63,896 bases of DNA, filler included, from Welwitschia mirabilis (GCA_051453625.1; 6 parts of one record of this genome joined end to end with filler, not necessarily neighbours in it), one strand, 5' to 3'. Positions 12,591 to 25,780 are shown, counted from the first letter of the whole stretch. The notes: generated from the sequence alone by a model not told the origin. Numbers and translations are program-made.

Positions 12591-14465
12591 TTTTTTCAAG
12601 TGAGTGATGTTGTAAAAATAAAGTAGGTTTAACATTATCTTCAATGTTCATATCATCATCACCCAAATCTTTCTTAGCTACATCAAAGACTCTAATAGTA
12701 AATGTTCTATTTCCATAATGACATTTCATTGTTCCTGCTCTTGTATTAATGATGCAGTGGGTTGTTGCACAAAAGGCTCTACCTAGAAGTAAAAGGTATC
12801 CTTTATTATGCTCTACTTCTATGATAATCATGTCTATGGGGTAGCAATCCTCTTTTATTTGTATTGCCAAATCTTTAATGGTGCCTAACAGTTTCTTAAC
12901 TGATGTATCTGCTAATTCTAAGACAACTGGAGTAAGCTCTATTCTATCCTCCAAACCAAATCTCTTACAAATGTGAAGTAGAATAATATTAACACTCACT
13001 CCAATATATTCAAGGCTTTTATAATATTTTTTTCCATCTATAGTAACATTCATCATAGCTGCTCTTGGATCTTTAAATTTTGGTGATTCTTGTAAAATTA
13101 AGTTTGTGAGGGATTGGGCAAGAAAGACCTTACTAAGGATGACTTATTTATATTTTCTTCTTATTAGGTCTTTCCATAATTTTGAGCACCTTAGAATTTC
13201 TTCTAAAACTTTCCAAAAAGGTAAGTTTATGCTTATATTTTTCATCAAGGCTTTTAAGTAATTATTAAAAGTTGAATTGTTGTTAAGCCTATTCATCCAA
13301 GGAGTGATTTGTTGGAAAGGATTTTTTTCTTTTTGTCAAGACAAGGGAAGTTGTAATCTTCTAATATTTTAATATCCTCTTCTTCTTCTTCTTTATTATT
13401 TTGCGAGTTGGAAGGTTTAAAAGGATGAGGGTTTGTTTCTTATCCACTTCTTATCACAACCTTATAATCTCTTCTTAGTTCATTTGGATTTGGTTAAGGT
13501 TGTGTTGTTAAAATTCCTTGAGGTCTTTGATTTATTGACATTGGTTGTTGTAAAATGCTTATTAAATTTTTAAGTTTGGCATTTTTTCTTCACAAGATCT
13601 TCTAATTTCATCCATAAGATTTATTATTGAATCATTTGGATGTTGATAAGTGGATGAACTCGGTGGGTAGTTTGTATTTTCGAATCGGTTTCTAAAAGGT
13701 TGAGAATTGTTTTGAAAATGAGTGTTCAACCTTGGTTGTACTTGATGAAAGTTTTGAGATGGTTAGTGACAAATTTCTTCTCAAATTCTTTCTTTATATG
13801 TTGGCAAAAGAGGACAGTTTTCAGTAATATGATAATTATCTTCACATAAGTCACAAGTTTATATAAGATTTCTTTCAGCTGCTATTTTGGCTAAGACCAC
13901 TTCTACATACTTATCCAAGGTTGTTGTAAAATCTTTCATGGTATTTATAGGATTGGATTCTACCTCTTTTATTGTTTAACCTCTTTTAGTTCTTTAATGA
14001 GTTGGCCTATTGTTTGATTTTCTTTAGGTGTTTACCAGGTTTTACTAACCTCCACAAGTTCTTCTAATTTTGTCCAACCATCTTTTAAAGTAAGATTCAT
14101 GAGGTTTTCATTACAATAGAAATATACAAGTTTTTTCATGTGGGAAGTTAATCCACTATAAACATGGTCTAGTTTTCTACTCTTGCAAAGGCATCTTTTA
14201 GATTAGAGTGGACTGCTATAGAGAAAGGTTCAAAAGTAGAGGCGTAATCTTCATTTGGTTTTTGTTGAAAGTTTGTTACCTCTTTTTTTCTTTTTCTTAT
14301 ATTTTCTTCACTCATAAATCTTTTAACAAAGGTTTTTGGACTTGATCCCATGTTTTTAAGCTTTTATGGGGTATAGTTTTCAGCCAAAGTTTTGCCTTAC
14401 CCTTTAATGTCATGAGAAAAATTACCATATATGTTCTATCCATTATTTTTTTCTTCCCATTTCTC
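12591..14465 (-). pseudogene. Athila-like gag and aspartic protease remnant
   Basis: ORF 12535-13056 has IGVSVNII..LELADTSVKKLLGTIKDL..YPIDMIII..LLLGRAF (retropepsin fold, catalytic Asp decayed); upstream KFKDPRA, INLPFWKVLEEI, a CDLCEDNYHITENCP knuckle and gag FQQKPNEDY. Confidence 0.9.
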
Positions 14466-14467
14466 GA

Positions 14468-14940
14468 AGATAAGATATGATTTTATTTTTGGTAATAATA
14501 GTAAAAATAAATTTATGTCTCTTATGAGTGTAGATTGTTCAAACTTTTATATGACATTTTGACTCTAGTTGCTATGTATAATAGGATAATCCATCATCAT
14601 CATTATAATTAAATATGAAATCTTAATGTGGGTTGATGAGCATTAGTAATGATGTAAGTTTTTCTGATTAGTGAAATGATTTTATTTTTATAATTGTACA
14701 TTTTAAATAGTATTCAACATTTTTTTCTAGCATTTAAGTTAATATACTAGTTGCTTAGTAGATTCGTTAGTTAGTATGCTAGCAGGTTATTGCGGTATGT
14801 ATTTGTACAAGCTCCTACATTCAAAGAGATCCTATCATTAATTATCAAAATAGATATTTTGCATAATACATCACACTAGTATAATGGGAGTTAATCCAAA
14901 ATGTCGTATCCATGTTAGAGTCTATGAGTATGAGACTTAG
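14468..14940. repeat. Diverged ~470-bp duplicate of 12020-12490 (flank plus LTR end)
   Basis: Colinear, nearly ungapped alignment with mostly transition differences. Confidence 0.93.
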
Positions 14941-16020
14941 GTTACTTTTGTGAATGAAACTAGGAACCAAAGTAAAGAATAATGCAAGAAAATAAAGATA
15001 CAATGCAAGATGCAACTATTCTAAATGCAAATGCAAAATAAACTAATACTACTTGCTTTTAGCCTTAACAAAGACTGCCCTTGATAATTTATATCTCCTA
15101 AGAAATTATCATCAAATCAAGGGTAACATAGACTATAAGGGTAATCAGAAATCTAAGATGCAAACATGAAAAGAAAACCAAGTTTTATATTAAAAGAGTA
15201 GTTAAGTATCTGTGTTACAAAATAGTTGGATCTCAATAGAGGATACAGAGCCCTCCACCAAGTGCACGTCTTTCTACAACACTCAAGATGGATCTCTTAT
15301 CCTTTGATCTCCTATCACAAGAATGTCCAGTGTAATGAAGATAAGAAGGAGAGTCAAGGGAAATCTTATTTATAAGAAAATATAGCAGAAAAAGACAAAC
15401 AATAGGTGTGGTTAGGTGCACTCATAAAACCCTCAGAATTGCACTTAAACCTATATATAAGTCCTAAAAAACAACTCACAAAACCCCATCAAAGAACCAT
15501 AAATTGGTAGCGCAACATAGGTCAAAACATATATATATAAAGTTGTTGGTACAAAATGCCATCTGGCATGAGGATAAGGGAGAAGGTAAAGGTGGCAAAA
15601 ATATAGCAATAACTTTAATAATAAACCTATTTCTAAGGAGCAAAGAAAATAAATGATAAAATAGAAAGAGGCTAAAGGGTATAAAGAGAATATCACCACA
15701 AAATATGGGGATCTTCTGGTAAAAATGGCTCTAAAAATAGAACTAAGTGAAGAGGTTAAAGAGAATCTCTAGCCATTCTAAAAAGGGTGAAGAAGCATCT
15801 CTAATATTCCAGTGTTCCCTACAAAGAAAAACACAACTTTAGTGCATTTCTGTGTAACACTTTGGTATTTTAATATAAAGCTAACAAGCTAATGTTTTTC
15901 AATATTATTGTGAACATGTTTTATTTTGAAAACGTAATATTTTATTTTACTTATTCCGATTTGTATAGCTAAATAAAAATTAGAATAATTAGCAATACTT
16001 AAAAATAAGTATGTTTATCA
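14788..16020 (-). mobile_element. Athila-like LTR (~1.23 kb)
   Basis: Minus strand starts TGATAAAC (16020) and ends ...CAAATACATACCGCAATA (decayed CA); shares the gatggatctctta and ctcaatagaggatac blocks with the LTRs at 20663-21759 and 52613-53998; no TSD recognised. Confidence 0.75.
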
Positions 16021-17849
16021 TTTCATCTAAAATCTCTATATCATGTTGTTCTACCTTTTTCTTTATTCCCCTAATGTAATATATGTATATAGAAAACTTG
16101 TCAATTATCAACCTGACTAGCTCAAGTAACTTCATCATGACTTATCGAGATGATGAATTTTAAACTACATGGTTGAAATACTAATAGCCTTAACTAGTTA
16201 TTTAGTAGATCTTTATTTTTCATTTAATGATTTAAGCTTGTTTTAGGTTAACAACATTATTGTTTTCTACATTTTTTAGCATAGTTATTAATATTTTCTA
16301 CATTCATTTCATAATATAAGCTTTTATCATTTTAGTAGTGGAAGAAGGGCTATCCTAAATTCAACTAGTAGAGATGAAGAAGGCTATAATCCAATAAGAT
16401 TGTCAACGAAAATGATAAGATAAGAAAGTTAGGTATGTTAAAAACCCTGACAAATATGATCTAGATGAGCAGACTAAAAGTAGAATTAAAATAGAAATAG
16501 GAGAGGAAGATTTTATGATGGATGAAATCATCCTTAAAAAGACTATAAAGGAACAAATATTTTTTAAACTAATGAATGAATTAGAATAGGAAATATTTAC
16601 TCTTCTTAAATTACCTCTCACTTAAGGAGAATTTTTTCAAATAGTTAAGATAAATAACCTTAAGTAGAAATTTGTTGCAAAATGATATTAGGAAGATGAT
16701 GGAGATTCAAGACCCCTTAATTATGATATTCATTGTCTATAAGACTTGAGTTCTATTAATTATATAGCCTTAGAACACCCAAACAAAGTCAGAAATATAA
16801 ATATAACATCAATATCCACTTGTGAGGGTAAGAAATCAAAAGAGCCTCTACTACATCTAAGTTTATTTGTTTTCTTCTGCAAAGCAAATTATCTTGATCT
16901 AGACTCTAATTTTTTGAGGTATTTTCCTTTTTATTTAAAAGGGGATGCTCAACCATGATATCATAAAAATTCTAATCATGCTTTTNNNNNNNNNNNNNNN
17001 NNNNNNNNNNNNNNNNNNNNNNNNNNNNNNNNNNNNNNNNNNNNNNNNNNNNNNNNNNNNNNNNNNNNNNNNNNNNNNNNNNNNNNNNNNNNNNNNNNNN
17101 NNNNNNNNNNNNNNNNNNNNNNNNNNNNNNNNNNNNNNNNNNNNNNNNNNNNNNNNNNNNNNNNNNNNNNNNNNNNNNNNNNNNNNNNNNNNNNNNNNNN
17201 NNNNNNNNNNNNNNNNNNNNNNNNNNNNNNNNNNNNNNNNNNNNNNNNNNNNNNNNNNNNNNNNNNNNNNNNNNNNNNNNNNNNNNNNNNNNNNNNNNNN
17301 NNNNNNNNNNNNNNNNNNNNNNNNNNNNNNNNNNNNNNNNNNNNNNNNNNNNNNNNNNNNNNNNNNNNNNNNNNNNNNNNNNNNNNNNNNNNNNNNNNNN
17401 NNNNNNNNNNNNNNNNNNNNNNNNNNNNNNNNNNNNNNNNNNNNNNNNNNNNNNNNNNNNNNNNNNNNNNNNNNNNNNNNNNNNNNNNNNNNNNNNNNNN
17501 NNNNNNNNNNNNNNNNNNNNNNNNNNNNNNNNNNNNNNNNNNNNNNNNNNNNNNNNNNNNNNNNNNNNNNNNNNNNNNNNNNNNNNNNNNNNNNNNNNNN
17601 NNNNNNNNNNNNNNNNNNNNNNNNNNNNNNNNNNNNNNNNNNNNNNNNNNNNNNNNNNNNNNNNNNNNNNNNNNNNNNNNNNNNNNNNNNNNNNNNNNNN
17701 NNNNNNNNNNNNNNNNNNNNNNNNNNNNNNNNNNNNNNNNNNNNNNNNNNNNNNNNNNNNNNNNNNNNNNNNNNNNNNNNNNNNNNNNNNNNNNNNNNNN
17801 NNNNNNNNNNNNNNNNNNNNNNNNNNNNNNNNNNNNNNNNGTTTTCTTT

Positions 17850-19330
17850 TCTAAATTTAAACTCATGAGGATAGTTAAATATTTAAGAAAATAAATTTTG
17901 AATATTAAATACAAATATAATAAAAGGTTTGATAAGTTCATGAATAGATGTAACATACTGTTAGCTAAATATTCTAATCATGGAATTATAGGTAGAGAAT
18001 GAGTTAAATATTTTCTTAAAGGATTATAGAGTCAAACTTTAAATGAATTAGACTTACTATGAAGAGGAAGCATTAAGACAAAGATTTTCAAAAGATAAGA
18101 GAAGTTATTACTTAGTTTTATAACATGACTCAAGAATAAGGGAAAAAAGGTGAAAATAAGAAAAGAGTAAGTGAAGTATTTACCCCAAAAGTAGATGGTA
18201 ACATGTATATTTCAAATCATATTAGTCTTATGAAAGTAGTAGTTAAAAAAGTGACTGGTAGTATGGTAGAAAAATTTGATCGATTAGTTGTACAACACTT
18301 TAAAGAGGAAGAAAGACATATATGCAAACATTATGAAGAAGGTAATAATGAAGGAATAGAATGCCCTTAAATGTAAGAATTTGTTCATCGATTAGATATT
18401 AATAGAGTAGATTTAGATATAGGAAATCAGCCTCAAACAAGAAAAAACCATACCCTTACCAAAGTAGCAAATGAGAAGGTAAGTCAGAAAAGCCTTTACA
18501 AAAGTATGTAAATTCTAAAATAAGATCAATATAACTATTATAGAAATTGGAGGAATAGATATTCAAAAGAAATAAAAGAAAAATAAAAGGTACAAGAGAA
18601 AGAAGAAAAAATTCCTACTTAACCTCAACCAAATCCAAAGGAAGCAACAAGTAAAGTAGTAACTACTAAGTCTAGAAAACAAATGATGACAAATGAAGAT
18701 TAAGGTAAAAAAAAAATTTGAGCAACTCTCCAGTTGATGAAGGAATAAATATGAGAAAGGAAATAGTAGATGAGGCATCGTCACATCCTCTACCTTTTCC
18801 AATTAAAAGTAAACAAATAGAACATCCAAAAATTGAAAAGGACATAGAATATTTAAGAAAGGTTTTAGAAGATACAATAAAATCATTAGCTCATTTAAAA
18901 TTGATAAAAGATGTACCTATGTATTAAAATCAAATGAAAAACATGTGCTTAAAACAAAGGAATAAAAATAAAAGTAGGAAGGAAAAACAAATTAAATGGT
19001 GAGGAAAGATCAAGTTTCTTTGGGTTCCACCCAAGTTCTTCAAATTAAATAACATAAAAAGTATAGTAATCTAGGAATTTTTTTGATAGATATTAAAATC
19101 AATGAGAAGCTCAAAGTAGAAGTACTTATGGATCTAGAAGAAAATATTAATATGATGACATATGAGACTTATGAGAAACTGGAAAAGCTAGAATTGATAC
19201 CTTAGCAAAGAAAAGTATACTTGGCAAATAGTTCAGCAGTAACACCAAAAATAGTTCTAAAGGATATACCCATCAAACTTTAGAGATTCATCTACTTGAT
19301 AGATTTCATAAGTAGAAGCAACTCCATGAG
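17850..19330 (+). pseudogene. Athila-like gag and protease remnant
   Basis: gag KFMNRCNILLAKYSNHGII..VKYFLKGL; PLPFP..LKLIKDVPMY (18718-18927); protease VLMDLEENINMMTYETYEKL..VYLANSSAVTPKIVLKDI..FIYLIDF. Confidence 0.85.
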
Positions 19331-20662
19331 AACATGAATCACATGAAGATTACCCGACATTTTCTAGCAGATGAAGATCTAAACCCCGCACAAGATTAGG
19401 TAGCAGATAAAGAAAATCAAATAAATCTTTGGCAATGAATTCTTATGCACTGATAGGTAGTCCTAGTAATATTAATAGTAGCATCATTACAAAAACCACA
19501 ATAAAAGAATAGCTCATGTCTTAAAAAACATTTTTGATATTATCTAAGTTATCATTTATATCTAATTCAATAAGTTCCATTGTAATGTTTCTCTTTTGAT
19601 TTATAGCATCAATTACACTTACATCATTTTTAGAGATGATACTTTTACCAAAGGCTACAGTTTTAGTAAGGGAAAGATATTTAGCTATATATGAGATTTA
19701 ATTGATTAGAAGCATAATTCCTTTAAATGAAACACTATTGTAGAACTTCTCTTTTTGAAGTTTCCTTAATCACTTTAATCTAGGGATATGCACAAGCCTA
19801 AAGAATAATACCATTGTAGCACAAAAGGCTTTAATTAAAGCAAAATAGGATGCATCATTTATGTAACATATTTTATTATTTTTAATTAATTTTCCAATTT
19901 TTTTCCCCCAAGTACACATTAATAACAACATATGCTTACCTAGGTAATGGTTATAGTCATTTCTTAACAAAAAGAAATGATCATAGTAATAAGTCATCAT
20001 GATAAATGATGATTTAGAAGGTAAAATAGAATATTAGAAATATTAATAATAAATAAGAGGGAAGGAAGTCAATAATAACGTGATAAAAGAGGGTAAGGTA
20101 TTTATGGAAAATGGAGTGATGGGATGGAAAATAAAAGGGGTAATAGTGTATAAGGTTGTGGAATGCTTCAAGAGAAAATGGGATAAGATGAGCATGATGT
20201 GTAATAATAGTATCCAAGGGAGTGGAGTAATGAATGTTACATATGTATATTAATGACTGGGGTTAATAGGAAAACTAATGGACATGGAAAAATAATCAAA
20301 GAAAAGGTGAGTAAGTATTAGGTAAGGTGTTTAGGTGATGTGAGAATCATGGGGATAAATAAGCAAGTCCTATAGGAAAAATAATTTTAGGAGGGGTTAA
20401 TTAGCACTGCTAACATTGAAGGGATGATAAGATGGGAGTTTAAAAATCCACATTATAGTTACCCCTTTTTTATGTGGGGTAAAAGAAAGAAATCCCTCTA
20501 TCAAAAGAAAATCAAACATATGCCCAAGTTATTTTCATTTTCATTTTTCCCTCTCTCTCTCTTTCTCTTTCTTTCTTTCTTTCTTTCTTTCTTTATTTAT
20601 TTTTCTTTTTCTTTTTTTTTGTTGGGGGATGTGTAATGAAAATAAAGACTAAAGATGATGAG

Positions 20663-21759
20663 TATTGTAGCATGAATTTATGCAATCCTTAGATCCTTTA
20701 GGCAAATCTATGAATCAAATAACTTATAGAAAACACACACTAATATAGACAAGAGTTAACTCGAACATTATAATCCCAGTGAAGGCACTAGGCTTAGAGT
20801 TAAAGAATTGATTTTCAAAGTATTTTTGGTCTTTTATCTTTTAATAAATAAAAGTAAACAACAAAGTAAAATGCAATGCAAGATGACTGAAGATGAAAGA
20901 CAAATGGAAGTAGAATAAAATGCAATGTGGAATGGAAATTAAATAATAATACAAATTATAAACTGACAGAATCAAACTTAACAATGGTTTCCTTTATAAT
21001 CTAAATAAATTATAGAATTATCACTTAAACTATAACTAACTTAAATCATAAGGGACATAAACATAATTGAATTGAAAAGAGTATTTGAAGTGATCATTGA
21101 ACTTTACATATACTTCTAACAAAGTAGTAGCAACTCAATAGAGGATACTCAGTCCAACACCAAGGGAACTCCTCTCTGTAGCTACTGGATGGATCTCTTA
21201 CCTTCATTCTTCTATCATAAGCATGTTAGAAATAAAAGATGAAAATAGAAGTGAAGAAAGAAAAGGGTATTTATAGTTTTACATTGAATTTATAGAAGCT
21301 CAACTTAGAATTTAGAAAAGAAACCTTAATAGCCTAAATGAGTCGCATAACTCTATTACAAAGATAATTCTTTCCAATCATAGAAAAATAGTTGTCATTT
21401 TGAATATAGTGGGATGACAGAGGGGATGTCACTCTATGTTAAAAGATACTCCATTAGCTTTAGGCACCACTGTCAAACCTGTTTCTTCTGTCCATATTAG
21501 CAGTGTTGTCTTCCTACCTGTGTGGAAACGACAGAGGGGACGACAGGCTTCCTTATCTCTAATGTCAAAGGTAAATTAGTCTTCAACATAGTACATTCTT
21601 CTTCCAAAGTATGAATTATCAGAATATGCCTAAAAAGCCTCCAAATATGTTAAGAATTACATGTTCTAGTGATCATCCTATCAGTACTCCCTAATCATCA
21701 GTATTGCATCTAAACCTATATAGATATCCTGCAAAAGTACTTTCTACAAATTGGCATCA
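20663..21759 (-). mobile_element. 3' LTR (~1.1 kb)
   Basis: TGATGCCAA start after the PPT; end homologous to the other family LTR ends; GACGAC/GATGAC motif cluster at 21410-21550. Confidence 0.8.
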
Positions 21760-21800
21760 TAACATATCCCCCTACTTAGCCTTGTCAGTCCCTAATAAAG
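21760..21800 (-). promoter_or_regulatory. Polypurine tract and Athila-type pre-LTR motif
   Basis: Minus strand attagggactgacaaggctaagtagggggatatgtta-TGAT. Confidence 0.75.
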
Positions 21801-22154
21801 TGAGTGATAAACTATATTGTTAGCCGATTTGACTAAGATAAAATAGCACTAGAAAAGTGTAAGTTGATTTTAGTTTAATCATGTAAGAATAGATATCAAA
21901 GACTAATTAACTAATACAAATACTAAAATATTCCTAAGCTCCCTACTTAAGCGTGTTATCATAGAATGAATGAGCTTCATACATGTGCAAAAATTAAAAA
22001 ATGTAACATTGATAGCTTAGAAAATGATAATGTATATGCATAATGCAAAATAGTGATATTGAATTAATGTAACAAACTTAAGTAGTACTAATCTCAAAAG
22101 AGTACTGCATTTAAGTTTATTAGTATAATCCATAAGGACAAAGGACAAGAGTAG

Positions 22155-23360
22155 ATATAGCATTCTTTTTAGATGATCAGAAACATAGCTATAAGAAAAC
22201 TCTATGAGTGTGCTATTATGTCCTACAAAATAAAGTCCATGAATTTTATTCAATTAACATGAAAATCTAATTCAAACAACTCATCATGGATATGTAACAT
22301 GAAATCTCAAAACATGATCCTTTTTAATTTTCAAAATTTATGCTCAAAATCACAAAAAAAATCTCATAAAGATGTCTTGTCACCCCTATACAGGTAAAGT
22401 AATATGTCCTGAATTACACCAAAGGTAAAGGATGAGTGTCATCCCAGCTGTCTTAGGAACGACAAACGTGGAATGACAGTGATCAAATAAGCTGTGTAGA
22501 GAGAAAAGAAAAGGCAGAGAAAATGTTGAAAGTAAGCAAACACATGGAAAATAGCAAAAAATAGAAAGTGAAGAAATAGCCTAAAAAACATGTCCATGGT
22601 GGAGAGGGACTCATAGAAGAAAGTGTGAAAATAGAAGAAAATGCATTAAGTTGGAAGAAGCAATGCTTAAAGACTCCACAAATGTGTCTAAAATCATGGA
22701 CAAAGAAGAACTNNNNNNNNNNNNNNNNNNNNNNNNNNNNNNNNNNNNNNNNNNNNNNNNNNNNNNNNNNNNNNNNNNNNNNNNNNNNNNNNNNNNNNNN
22801 NNNNNNNNNNNNATATAGCATTTTTTTCTTTAGATGATCTAAAACATAATTACAAGAAGACTTTACGAGTGTACAAATTTCATCAATTTTATCCAAGTAA
22901 AATGAATTCATATCCAAATAAATCATCATAGATATGTATCGTAAAAACTTAAAACATGATTCTTTGAAATTTAAAATTTAAAATTTTTGCTTAATAACAT
23001 AGAAAAATTCTCAAAAAGGTGTTATAACCTCCATCACCCCCTTCCTCCCCTCCCCAGGTGAAGTAAGTCATCTTCAACTACCCTAAATGAAAATAAGGAT
23101 TTTCATCTTGGCTATCATGGGAATGAAAAATGTGCAATGATGAAGATTAGATAAGCTTTTTGAAAAAAAAAATCTAAAAGTAAGAAAGCACATGAAAAAT
23201 AGCAAAAAAGTGGAAATAAGCTAGAAAGTAAAGAAATATCCTAAAAAACATGACCATGATGGAAAGAGACTCGTAGAAAAAGGGTGTGAAATAGAAGGAA
23301 ATGCACTAAGTAGAAAGAAGCAATGCTTAAAGACTTCTTAAATGTGCTTAAAAATCAATA
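22155..23360. repeat. Two diverged ~660-bp tandem units in the 3' UTR
   Basis: 22155-22712 aligns to 22813-23360 (e.g. agaagcaatgcttaaagact at 22656 and 23316). Confidence 0.85.
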
Positions 23361-24472
23361 AGCATGAAAAAAAAAGAATAGAAAATAAAACATATTAGAT
23401 CTATCTATTAAAAAAAACCATAATCCTTTATAGAATTTAGGAGAAGAAATTAATAAGAAACTATGAAATGATTAGATCCATAATATTTTGCCATAAAAGT
23501 ATGGAAAATAACTTTGAAAAATCCAATAAAAAATCCAAAGAAAAACAAAATGAAAGTGAACAACTAAAAACATAAAGAAGATTGATTACTTATCCTAAAT
23601 TCTAACCTAACAAATTCTCTTAGTAACAATCATAAAATCACTTGATGAAAGATGCATGACAGTATGTAAAAACTTAGAAAGTACCACTCAAAATGGGTAA
23701 TAATTATAACGATGTCAAGTATGTTTAATGTTAGTAAATAATGAATGATAAGATACAAAGCTGTTGAAACAGGAACTTACAAGCTATCATATCAAAATAA
23801 CACTAGAATCCAAACAAAGTAAAATGATCATGTGGAAGTGATAGAAATGAATAAAATAAGTCTAGAAAACAAGCAATGCCTTTTATGACACCACGGACAT
23901 TAATAATCTCATAGCCTTGAAGTACAATTTTATTTGACATGATGAGGAAAGTGAAACTACTATCACAGGAGTAAGTATCTATAGCACAGCCAATTAACCC
24001 CCTGGTGGAGTTTGCATAGCTACCATATCGCATTGCCAAAGGAACCTCTTAGGAAGATTTGCACTGGTACGCTTGTAGTAGGACATCACGATGATTATGT
24101 TTTGAGATATAACATGAAAATAAATGGTCTTTATTCTTCTTTTCTTCTTCTTCTTCTTCTTCTTTTTTCTTCTTTGTTTTCTTTTGAATTATATTCCACA
24201 TGACCAAGTACTTAAAATGATAAAAGTAAAATCATGAGATGAATATCAAAGTAAGAACATGAAAAAACAACTAATTGCTAACACCATTAAAAGAGAACAA
24301 AAGAACCAAGGCGTCTTCCTTTAAAACGAAGTTCATAGACATGCTAATGTCTAAAGATTAGATGAAGCTAATCTTATCATCTAAAATGCCCAAGTAAAAT
24401 ATTACTAATCATGAAAACTTCATGAGTAAATACATAAGTTAAGTTAAAAATATTTAAGTGCTAACATGATGT

Positions 24473-25780
24473 TTACCTAAGGAATGAGTTAACAAGAAAT
24501 TTAGACAATGGCAAGAGGAAGTCCTCCTCATTAAGAGGGGCTTCCAAAACAACTACTTCTATCATGTTGAAGGTTTTGTCCAAAGATGACTTATAAATTA
24601 TTAACCTTTGTCCATTAACTTGTTGAATTTCTGTAGTGTTTGGATCAGAGATTTTAATTAAGCCATTTGAATGTAGTTTTTCTATAAAATAAGGATATAA
24701 CCATTTAGAGTTCAACTTGTTATGTAAAAGGTGTACTTGGGTATTATACAAAAGGACAAGTTGAACAGGTTCAAATTGCTTGTGAATAATCTTTTTATCA
24801 TGTCTAAACTTAGCTTGAGCTTTATGAATGAGTTGATGATGTAAAGCATGAGTGCATTTTTCATCTAAATAGTCAAGTTGGGCTAATTGAGTTCTAATAT
24901 TTTCATCCACATCTACAAGGTTAAGTTAATGGATGAATCAATAAGAGTTATAGCAAACATCAACTGTCAAAACACAAACTTTTTCATACATAAGTTCTTA
25001 TAGTGAGAAACCTAGAAATTTACACCAAGTAGTATGGTAAGCCTAAAGAACATAATTAAGTTTAGAGAACCAAGTCTTACTATTGATAAAGACTAATTAT
25101 TAATTTTTCTATTGGTGTTTTCGGCTTAGTTATTAGTTTAAGGATGATAGGTACATGCAATTCTATGTTTAATACCAATGGACAAAAAAAATTTTTGAAA
25201 AATGTGGTTAATGAAATGAGTTTCTTGATCGCTAATGATGATTCATGGAAAACCAAAACATTGAAAGATATGATTTCAAACAAGATTGCAAATGGTTTGG
25301 ATATCATTTTTAGTAGTAGAAACAGTTTCTACCCACCTAGTAACATATCCAACAACTACAAGGATATTATTTTTATCATGAGAAGCTGATGTAATTGACC
25401 TTACAAAGTTAATTATTCAATAATAAAAAGGTTTACATTCAAGTATATGCTTGAGGGGCATATCTTGAGAATGAGCTAGGCTAGCATCACACCTTTTAGA
25501 AAAGTCAAATGAATCCTTGAAAAAAGTAGGTCAATAAAAACTAGAATGAATAATTTTCATGCTGATCTTTTAGCCACTAAAGTGTCCCTTACATATCCCA
25601 CCATAGCAAAGTTTTAAGATTTTTAAGATTTTCCACTTAGATACATACTTACTAATGATTTTATCCTTGTAATGTCTATAAAGATGGGGTTTGCCCTACT
25701 TATAGTCATTGATCATATGAAGAAAAGATTTACATTGGTTATGGTTTTAATGCTAAGTAGTTTTTATAATAATAAGATAG
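24473..25780 (-). pseudogene. Gypsy integrase remnant
   Basis: ORF 24473-24910 KFRHDKKIIHKQFEPVQLVLLYNT..KLNSKWLYPYFI..QVNGQRL; upstream GHFSG*KISMKIIHSSFY*PTFFKD zinc-finger region and a decayed core. Confidence 0.92.

Noticed and set aside
16945..17956. Long 307/326-aa ORFs (also 22483-22929, 26842-27567, 59814-60035)
   Set aside because: Open only because they run through N gaps
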